Below are positions 53,848 to 64,000 of a stretch of 64,000 nt of DNA, piece after piece; the first letter of the stretch is position 1, and every line of letters starts with the position of its first letter. A program made the position numbers and the translations under genes. The notes under the pieces are model-generated. The model searched no databases, was not told where the DNA came from, and was given only the letters and a program-made list of their open reading frames with translations. The stretch comes from Lytechinus pictus (taxonomy: Eukaryota), in assembly GCF_037042905.1 (NCBI RefSeq), contig NC_087250.1, positions 14,324,001 through 14,388,000 of the forward strand. The letters run 5' to 3'.

Positions 53848-56800
53848 TTGATGATGAAGGCCATGGAGATGATGCTGGTCATGATGAAGATATTGGTAAT
53901 GATTAAATCGAAGGAGGAATAAATTCACGATAAAAAGGATACGACACAGAAATTTTACTTCAAATATTCTGATAATAACATAGATTTAACGTTTGCCTTA
54001 AATGAGTGAAGAGACGAAGATTGTTTTACAGGCTCTGGTAGAGAGTTCCACAAATCTGGACCATGGTGTCTTATGGATCTCCGCGCAATAAGCAATTTAG
54101 GGTTGATTAAATGGAAATTTGAAGAGTTACGGGTAGGGTAAGAATGAATAGATGTATTCAGAGTATAAAAATTGTGGAATGAAGGTGGGAGCTTGTTATT
54201 TACGTACTTAAACATAAGTAGTAAACTTTGAAGAGTATTTATGTCAAATACTGTTAGAGTCTTTAGTTTATGGAATAATGGATTTGTGTGTGATAAATAT
54301 TGGGAATCAGTACAGATTCGAATTGCTTTTTTCTGTAATAAGTATATTGTATTAATTTTAGTTTTTGCACATGTTGCCCAAACTATGTTGCAATATGATA
54401 TATAAGGCAATATTAATGAATTGTAGAGTATGACAAGAGTTGTATGTGGAATTATGTTTTTCATTTTGTAAAGTATACCAACGTTTCTAAAAATACTAGT
54501 AGTTATACAACGTACATGTTCATTCCAATTTAAATTTTCATCTATTGTGACACCTAAAAACTTTGTTTCTCTTTTCCTTTTGAGAGGATTATTGTCTATG
54601 TTTATATTGTAAAGAAATTCGTTATCATGTGAGTGTGTATGCTTGAAATATATAAAGTTTGTTTTATCTATATTGAGTGAAAGCTTATTACACTTAAACC
54701 ACAAAGATAGTTTTGGTAATTCACGGTTAATTATATCTACTAAAGTTTCTAAGCTATTATGTGAACAAAAAATGTTGGTGTCATCTGCAAATAATACATA
54801 TGATAATAAAGGTGTTACAGAAGTCAAATCATTGATATATATTAAAAAAAGCAAGGGGCCTAGGATTGATCCTTGTGGAACTCCGCATTGTATTAACTGA
54901 AAATCAGAAGGAATATTATTGTGAATTACATATTGTTTTCTATTGGACAAATAACTCTTAAACCAAGATAGTGTAATTCCGCGAATTCCAAAATTTTCAA
55001 GTTTTTTAAGTAATATCTGGTGGTCAAGAGTGTCAAAGGCTTTGCTTAAGTCCATGAATACGCCTATTATATGTTCTTTTTTTGCCATTGCATTTGTAAT
55101 TTTATCGTATATTTGTATTAACGCCTGATCAGTCGAATGTCCTTTCCTGAATCCATTTTGGTTAGAATTTAGAAAATGAAAAGTATCTAGAAACTTATAA
55201 AGTCTATTGTAAATAATCTTCTCTAATATTTTGGAAATGCTGGGAAGAATAGAAATAGGCCTGTAATTTGTTATTTCATGCGGATTGTCTTTTTTTTAAA
55301 CAGGATTTACCTTTGCAATTTTTAGGGAATCAGGACATATTCCGGTGCTAATCGACAGATTAAAAATATGACACAAAGGAGAGGCAATATAGTGTATGAT
55401 CTGCTTAAAAAGGAAAGTACTAATTCTATCAATTCCCTGTGATTTGCTTGATTTGAGATTTTTTGTTATTTCAATTAATTCCTGAACATTTGTTGGGTTA
55501 AAGAATAAAGAAGAGTTAATGGGTGTGGGAAGAAATTTTCCAAAATTTTCATCAGTTCTGTCAAGTTTGTTTGCCAATGAGGGTCCTAAGTTAACAAAAA
55601 AGGAATTAAAGGTATCAGCTACATCTTCTGAATTTATCGCAACATCATGAGCTGTGAAATTATCTTTAAGTAATATTTTGGGTTTCTTGCCAATCAAATC
55701 ATTTATAATCTCCCATGTTGCTTTCATGTTTGATTTGACTTTGTAAAGCTTCTCGGAATAAAATAATTTGCGGGAGGCTCGAATTGTATTGGTTAGTCTA
55801 TTTCTATAAGTTTTGTATTTATTTTTGTTTTGAATAGAAGGGTTCTTTAAAAATGCCTTGTAAAGTTTATTTCGGGTACGTATGGATCTTAAAATTGCTT
55901 TAGAAATCCATGGCATTTTTGCCTTCTTTCTTTTGACCAGTGGTATCAAAGGAAAATTTTTCTCGTAAAATGTTTGCAATTTATTGTTAAAATTTGTGTT
56001 TGAATGCAATGTTTGAATTAGACTCATGAAATACATCCAACCATTCTTCAATAGCAAGATCCCTTTTAAACGATTCAATGTTATTTTGAGATTCTTTTCT
56101 ATACATTGTCGATTTGAGTATATTTTCTTTTGGAATATCATTATCGCAAAATGAAAAAACCGGCAAATGATCCGATATATCAGATATTAACAATCCGCTG
56201 GTAATATCTCTGTTTAATATATTTGAAAAAATGTTGTCGATAAGTGTTGATGAATGGCTATCAATTCTAGTCGGTTTATCTATATGGGGATAATAGCCAA
56301 ATGAATGCATTGTGTGTAGGAATAAATTATTATTTCATTCATTATTTTGGGATAACAGGTTGATGTTAAAATCACCCATTAAATATATTTGTTTCTCTTC
56401 TTTTCTAATAGTATGAAGGCACGTTTCAAGGTCTTCACAAAATAAATTTACTTTATCATGAGGGGGTCTATAAATCAATCCAATAATTATATTTTTGCTT
56501 TTTGGCTTCGTGATTTCTATGAATAAAGTTTCACTCTGTTTTAATGATATTTCTTTCCTTACTTTGAATTGTAAATGTTCACTGATGTAAAATGCTACAC
56601 CTCCTCCTCTTTGATCTTCCCGGTCACGCCTAATGAGATTATAGTTTTCCAAACTGAATATGTTAGGTAAAGTATTGTGAAGCCATGTTTCCGTGACACC
56701 AATAATGGACAATTTGAAATTGTTTAAAGTGAAAAGTAATGATTCCAATGACTCGAATTTTTGTTCAAACTACGAGCATTAATATGAAGCAAACTAAATT

Positions 56801-58174
56801 TATGTTCCATGTCTCTAAATCTATATAGAAGTAAAATCTTCGGTTGAGTAATAGTTATTATCAGATGATATATTGTTTGTATTGAAAATAGAAAAAATGT
56901 CCATGTCATTACTCAGGAGGATAATTTGATATTACCAAAAACTTAAGATTATTGGTATGATATGTGATTTGTGTGTAAATTTTCTGTGTCATAACAGCAA
57001 GATGGTGGTAGTAATGGTGATGAGATGAAGAGAGGATGAAGTTGAAAAAAACTAATAAAGGATGAATGTGAAATCGTTAATCGTGAAAATGTTAATTTCT
57101 AATGAGATGTCAATTGTTGAATATCTCGTAAAATTTCAGTCTTTTATTTTTCTTGATCGATCACTTGTGTTGGTATTCAAAATAAAAAAAGTAAATTCTA
57201 AAAGCTAGAAATTAAACACAAGTTTCTCAAAATTGGTTCATGACCTCTGAAAACATAAGGATGGTTCGTGAAAAGGATGATAAATTAGCACATAATGTCA
57301 TGTACAACCAAAGGGTGGTGCCATAATGGATATACTGCATGCGTGCTGGTATAATCACATAATGCATGGTTGCATAGGGCCTATACACATAATGGCTGCA
57401 TACAGGTTGATTCAGCAAAAGCTGGTGGATGTAAGAAAGGGAAAATTTCAAAATGTCCAATAAATTTGCTACTATTGTCAATAAATGTCTGGACGATCAA
57501 ATGATTATTATAAAAACTGCCCTGACCTGGCAACGGGTAATACATGGACAACGTGATGAGTTTATTCACCGATTAATAACAATGGAACACCCCGTCACGT
57601 CACATGGCCACCGAGATAACAAGAAACATGTATAAAGGTACGGTCCAGTAAACCGCCATAGGCACAGTTGATATTATCCGGGGACAAAGCAATGAGGTGT
57701 CCCTAAACTCACTCATATAGTGAATTGCAGCAATCAGGAAGTTGATTACATAAAACATTTTTTTTTTTTTTTTTGGTATTTCCCTTCCCTTTGTTTATCG
57801 ATTTAGTCTAAATTTCACTTGAGGCGCCAAAAACAAGATAAAATAAAATGTAGCAATTCGAGCCTTCCAATTTAGAGTTCACTTTTCCCGTAAAAGATTG
57901 ATATCAGCTCACGGTGAATAAACTACATCCGCGTGTGCACCTTCACATTCTAGTTCTACAGCAATAAAAACAAAAAACGAGATCCACAAAATACATCCAC
58001 ATGTCTTCATATTAGAGTCTCACAATATGTGATGAAATATGAAGTATACTAATGGTAGTCACTTCTTTAACAATTTCTGCAGAAATTTCGCATCTCCAGT
58101 ATGAAAAAAAGAAAGATTCACATAGAGCTAATTTCAGGCGAACCCCCTGATTTTTTTGGCTTCCGCCGCCAATG
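53307..58174. mobile_element. hAT-like non-autonomous element hosting a LINE
   Basis: Ends cataggcggtgg / ccgccgccaatg. 8-bp TSD ATAGTAAC at 53299-53306 and 58175-58182. Confidence 0.75.
53442..56910 (-). mobile_element. Frameshifted CR1/L2-group LINE ORF2 (APE+RT) with (TCAAA)n tail
   Basis: Motifs HINARS, GVTETWL, GDFN, SDHLP, DLSKAFD, GVPQGS and FADD; the tail appears as (tttga)n at ~53442-53462. Confidence 0.93.
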
Positions 58175-58371
58175 ATAGTAACCATAAGCATAGATCTACC
58201 TATTCATAAAAGAATAACATTGTCATGCCAACAAATTAGGTGACAAAATGTCATCTATCATTAAAGTTAGTGAACAAATTACAAGCAATTCGGAACTTGT
58301 CTTGGGCAAATGAAGCAAGCATAGCCATAGAGATGACCACTAGCGTACCTACGGGGGGCAGTCTGCCCGGT

Positions 58372-58745
58372 GCCAGGTAAAAATGGCAGAGGTAATAATG
58401 GCAGAGGTGAAAATGGCAGAGGTAAAAATGGCAGAGGTAATAATGGCAGAGGTAAAAATGGCAGAGGTAAGAATGGCAGAGGTAAAAATGGCAGAGGTAA
58501 AAATGGCAGAGGTAAAAATGGCAGAGGTAAAAATGGCAGAGGTGAAAATGGCAGAGGTAAAAATGGCAGAAGGAAAAATGGCAGAGGTAATAATGGCAGA
58601 GGTAAAAATGGAAGAGATAAAAATGGCAGAGGTAATAATGGCAGAGGTAAAAATGGCAAAGGTAAAAATGGCAGAGGTAATAATGGCAGAGGTAAAATGA
58701 CAGGGGTTATAATGGGAGAGGTAAAAATGACAGCTCTAGGTAAAA
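58372..58745. repeat. 15-bp minisatellite (ggtaaaaatggcaga)n
   Basis: About 22 direct copies. Confidence 0.95.
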
Positions 58746-60138
58746 TATGGCCAGTCTTAAACCCCCATGCAATGAATTGTCAAAAAGCCCCCGCATGTAA
58801 AATCCTGAAGATTTTTCCACATTTTAACATTGGTACAGATCCATTTAAGCAAATGACGATATAACTGTCGAAAAATATTTCCGCTTGAGTGAGCACCACT
58901 TACTTTTGAAAAGTTATTGAAAAATGGGGTGCTGGTTTGTTAAAAAGCCGAGAAAATGTAATGATCATTGTTAGTGATCAGTAAAATTTTGAGAGAGACA
59001 AGTGTTAGCTTTATTGAAGAATAAGTCAACTATGTAAATAGTTTAAATTGAGTTAGAACGTGCATCTGATCACTAGTTGCATATTATGTGAAATAATCAC
59101 AGCGGGGAACTTGCATGATAATATGCAGCATTCATATCGCGCTTAATAAAAATGATTCTAAGCGCTCCATACTATTACCCCGGCTCTATAATGACATGTG
59201 CTCGTATAAAGCCATTGCAGTTTGAAATCCCATCGAGGCAACAAGTTTCCCTCCCCTCCCACCCTATGTATTTTGTTTTATAATATCAGGGTTTTATTTT
59301 ATAATATCGAGAGGGGAGGACCTAACGTCAGTACAAAATTTAGACACACGAGGTGACAGTGTGTCGGGGCTACATGATTGTGAGCATTGCAGTGTAACAA
59401 TAAATGATTGTTGTGTGTTACCACACCAACTGACTTTATACGTAGAGCTGAGTTACTGTTGAGAATAACCATATCTAGGAATTTTGTGTATCACAATTTA
59501 CAATATTCATAAGAAATATTACATGATGGTTGGGAGGCTGGGCAGAATTACAACAGTAGGTCAGCATGGTTGGGAGGTTTGGAGCGACATTGAGTTTTGA
59601 GTCTCTTTGATGGAATTCAGAGCATGGAAAATAACTAGGAAATTTTGTGTTTCACGACTTATATTTTTGTGGAATTTTTGGTTGGGAGGTTGGGCAGAAT
59701 TATGTCAGCATGGTTGGGAGGTTGGGAGAGACATTGATACCTTGAGCTCTATGATGCAAATTAGGAGCATGGAAAATGTTTAGGAAATTTTGTGAATCAG
59801 GATGTATGATGTTCCTGTGAGACATACACCACGGTTGTGAGGCGCTGGGCAGAATTATGTCAGCATGGTTGTGAAGTTTGGAGCGACATTGAGTTTTGAG
59901 TCTCTTTGGTGGAATTAAGAGCATGGAAACTAAATAGGAAATTTTGTGTTTCACGACCTATGATATTCTTGTGAGATTTTATTGTATGGTTGGGAGGTTG
60001 GGCAGAATTATGTCAGCATGGTTGGGAGGTTGGATGAGACATTGAGTCCTTGAGCTCTATGATGCAAATAAGGAGCACGGAAAATGATAGGACATTTTGT
60101 TTCAATATTTATAATGTTCCTGTGGGACGTTACGTTAT

Positions 60139-60344
60139 CAGAGCTGCCAAGTAGTACTGATTTTCCGTATTTAGTACTGAAAATAGAAAAGAATACTGAT
60201 GGTTTCATGCAAATACTGCTTAAGTTTCAGTTTATGTGTTGTCCTATGGTATTCCTGTGAAAATACTAATTTCCTCACCAAAATAATGATTTTCAGCCTT
60301 GAAAATACAGGACTGAAATGTTCTTGTTCAGGTTGGCAGCTCTG
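60139..60344. mobile_element. hAT-like MITE
   Basis: 12-bp TIR cagagctgccaa / ttggcagctctg; TSD unclear. Confidence 0.7.
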
Positions 60345-60439
60345 CATTATGGTTGGGAGGCTGGGCAGAATTGTGTCATCATGGTTGTGAGAGACTTTGA
60401 GTCCTTGAGCTCTGTGAGGGAAATTAGGAGTATGGAAAA

Positions 60440-62040
60440 CACTGAAGGAAAAACCAGTAAGACCAGTAAGAATTTTTACTGGTTTCCAGTAGAATTTTAC
60501 AGGTTTCCAGTATATTTTTACTTGGCCAGTTGATTTTTAACTGGACCAGTAAAAATCAACTGGAGACCAATTTCAACAATTGCATTCCAGTTGAAGCAAT
60601 TAGTAATACCAGTTAAATTGTTTTTCATCAAACTGGTGTTTCTGGTAAATGGTTTCCAGAAGATTTTTACTGGTTTCCAGTATATGTTTACTGGACCAGT
60701 TGATTTTTAACTGGACCAGTAAAAATCAACAGGAGACCAGTTCAAACAATTGCATTCCAGTTGAAGCAAAGTAGTAATACCAGTTAAATTGTTTTTCATC
60801 AAACTGGTGTTACTGGTCCAATGAATAATGACTTTATTTCAAGTCAGATCATTTGACGAATTATGGAAAATTAATCTTGCAATTCAGAGAAAGTTATTAT
60901 CGTTATCATTGTTATCATCATTCTTCTTATAATTATCATAATTATTATTATTATGATCATTGTTGTTATCATTCTTATTACTTTTATCATTGTTATCGAT
61001 ATTGTAATTATTATTATTTATATTATCATAATTATCAAGTATTAACATTATCATTAAAATAATTATTTCCTTTAATATGATTAAGATCAAAGCAAGATAT
61101 ATTTCTCTGATATAGTCGACTGGTCTAATTAAAGTAATTCATTGTTTGAAATTGAACTGGTCAAGACCAGAAATACCAGTAATCCAGGGGCCGATTGCAC
61201 GAAAGGGTCTTTCCAAGGGCCGTCTTTCGTGTCGCCCATCTTTTATGATGCGCTATAAGCGGGGTGTTTCTGAAATTTATGATAAACAAATAAAATTCGT
61301 AGGCTAGCTTTTAAATCAAATTTTATACAATTTCATGAGATATCACATCATTTTATAAAAAAATATTTTTGTTTATTCTGACGGACAAATAAAATATATT
61401 TGCAGATAATTTATTTGAAATGCGTTTCACATGGCGTATCATAAAAGATGGGCGACACGAAAGACGGTCCTGATGATGCTGATCACGTAGTTTACCTCAT
61501 TTGCATATTTCCTATTTTAAAAAGAAAAATCAGGATTTAGAATGGAATATCCTTGCAATGGCACTCATTGTTGTTTAAAAACTTTCCAAATAAGTGTGTG
61601 AATTAATTCACAATGAAAATGTGTAATTTCATATATCACATTTTTAAAATAACAGCAGAAAGATTAATTTACTAACCATCTTTTCCATCACATTTCACTG
61701 ACCATGGTATATAACAAACCAAATGCATGTAATAAATTGATCCAGTGAGACCAGTACGAGGACCAGTTCGACCAGTTCGAGGACCAGTCAGACCAATAGA
61801 AAATAACAGTAAAGACCAGCTTGAATTGGATACCAGTGAGACCAGTAACAACCACCAGAAACAAGACCAGTATAAAATTCCAGTAATTCAAAACCAGTTT
61901 GATTTTTAACTGGACCAGTAAATTTTTAACTGGACCAGTATGACCAGTTAGACCAGTAAACCGATGTTCCAATTTCCAGAGTTACCAGTTAAAATTCTAC
62001 TGGTCTAACTGGTCCAGTGGAACTGGTTTTTCCTTCTGGG
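60440..62040. mobile_element. CACTA/EnSpm-like non-autonomous element
   Basis: TIR cactgaaggaaaaaccagt / actggtttttccttctggg, 2-bp TSD AA, and dense subterminal ACCAGT/ACTGGT motifs. Confidence 0.78.
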
Positions 62041-63439
62041 AATGTTTCGGAAATTTTGTGTATCACGATATTTATGATGCTCTTGTGAGTCATCACCTAA
62101 TGGTTGGGAGGTTGGGATGAACTATGCCAGCATGGTTGGGAGGTTGGGAGAGACATTGAGTCCTTGAGCTCTATGATGCGGATTAGGTACATGGAAAATG
62201 TTTAGGAAATTTTGTGTATCAAGATTTATGATACTCCTGTGAAACAGGACATTATGGTTGGGAGGTTGGGATGAACTATGTCAGCATGGTTGGGAGGTTG
62301 GGAGAGACATTGATTTTATGTTGGTAATTAGGAGCGCAGGAAATCTGAACGTAACTCTTGGGCCTGCATAAGGTTGGAAGGTTGGGCGGGCAATTACAGC
62401 GTTTATCAAGAACGCGTGCACAGATAGTTGCGGATACAACCATAGTATGGATATGTAGATATACATGTCATATGTATTTTCAGACTTGATGAAGCATATT
62501 ACGTAATGTGGCTTATTTTGGTTGTTACACGTAAATGGTAAGGAGCATGAAAGGATAGCCTTATACAATATATAGGTTTGTGTTCAGAAACAAATTGTTT
62601 GAAACCTGACAGATCACCAATATTAATATCAAAGTATATGCTCCAAAGATGTTGATTACCAAGATTTAGGGGAAATACCCGTGGGAACTACTATCCTGCG
62701 GGTGGGTCACGTGATCAACAGCCCCAGGGAGGAGTTACTACCCTCCTGGTGTTCACGTGACCATATCTTTCAGTATGCCACAGTTCTAATGCATATGTAG
62801 TCTTTTGTTATGTCTCACGACATTATTCAGATTGTGTTGATGTTCATTACCTTTTATGTTATTTAGGCATATCGCCTATCATGTGTTTTGATGCCTCGTA
62901 TGGAATTAAATGGCAAGCAATGGCAAATTATTTGTACACTTGTTTTCTTCTCAAAAAAAGTGTTCAATCCAAAATAAAAGGGGATTTGGTTAAGGGGGAA
63001 AATGACACAAAAATTATTTCAACTGAATGAAGTTCTTTTAGGTCAGAAAACGAATTACAACAAAAATAATAACAATTAGATAATAAACAATGTTTTTTCT
63101 TCAGTTTTAAAAATAACAGAGATTTGTATCAAATCTCTACATTTTAGCATACCAAGCTAATTACCAAGAGGGTGCTGCTTCTGGTGTACAAAATACCCAA
63201 CAGTACTTCCGCTTCCAAGGGTTATGACTATCAAGGCGTTTATATCATATTGGATGCAGTGGTTAAGGTTCAGGGTCTTCTTTTATGCAAAGAATCTGAA
63301 CCAGACGGCCCCCCTCGATCGACCGCAAATTGGTTTACCAGTCAAAACAGGATTATTATTGATTTTCATAATCAGTTACATATTTAATAATAATGGGTAT
63401 TTAGAGGCGCTAAAAACAAAAAGTACCATAGCACGTATA

Positions 63440-64000
63440 ATGTAGGAATAACAATTTAACATTTGCAATAATTACAACAATATTCAAGATAAAAAGGGAA
63501 ATTAATCATTGAGGAAAAAGGTATGTCTTAAGGGAAGGTTTGAAGCCAAGAACACTGGAAGCATTTCGTATTGAAAGAGGGATAGTATTCCAAGTCTTGG
63601 CAGCTGCTACAGCAAACCGTTTTTCGGCAGAGGAGAGTTTTGACAAGGGAATGCAAAGTCTGCATGTGTCAGTGATTGAACGAAGATTACGAGAGGGTGT
63701 GTATAATTTGATGGTATTATTAAGATATTCAGGCGCTAGATGATTTAGAGTTTTGTATACATATAAACAGACTTTGAACTGAATACGTTGGAATAGAGGT
63801 AGCCAGTGGAGTTCCTTAAGTAGGGGTGTAGTGTGAGTTCGGGATCCAAAGCCAAAAATTAATCGAGCGGCACGATTCTGAATAACCTCAAGTTTTCGTC
63901 TATCTCTAGCTGACAAAACAGTATATAAACTATAACAGTAATCTAACCGAGAAAGAATAAGTGCTCGCACAGCATGGTGACATGTCTTAAGATCAATGAA
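63440..64000 (-). mobile_element. 3' end of an L2-clade LINE ORF2 entering from the right edge
   Basis: ALILSRLDYC...QNRAARLI...LHWLP...RIQFK is the typical L2 C-terminal region. Confidence 0.88.

Larger units (their letters stand above)
59450..62400. repeat. Degenerate ~150-bp tandem repeat interrupted by transposons
   Basis: atggttgggaggttggg / agaattatgtcagc recur on both sides of the 60440-62040 insertion. Confidence 0.8.

Noticed and set aside
32163..56910. Retron, group II intron or DGR interpretation of the reverse transcriptases
   Set aside because: N-terminal APE domains, 5' truncation, simple-repeat tails and eukaryotic context identify non-LTR retrotransposons.
58279..58864. GKNGR, MAEVK and LPLPF repeat proteins
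   Set aside because: These are several open frames of a 15-bp minisatellite with no splice or domain support.

Overview
AT-rich, repeat-dense eukaryotic genomic DNA, probably a marine invertebrate; the repeat style suggests a sea urchin or other echinoderm, but that is inference. The left ~25 kb carries the 5' part of one spliced minus-strand gene. It encodes a PRDM9/SSX-type ancestral KRAB domain (exon 24963-25107), followed by in-phase exons at 9379-9477, 9092-9171 and 1190-1946 (containing a 30-aa coding minisatellite), and a probable 18-bp microexon at 55-72; the gene runs off the left edge. Its introns and upstream region are packed with nested non-autonomous DNA transposons whose terminal inverted repeats (TIRs) and target-site duplications (TSDs) can be read directly. 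One is a 5-kb foldback element carrying a complete tRNA-like cloverleaf with a UCA anticodon. The right half (32-64 kb) is a cluster of decayed CR1/L2-group LINEs (APE endonuclease + reverse transcriptase). Two of them lie back to back, each with an ORF1 remnant ~3.8 kb upstream of ORF2. This half also holds satellites and further MITEs. No intact transposase, CRISPR array or prokaryotic system was seen. Superfamily labels for non-autonomous elements rest on TIR/TSD signatures only.
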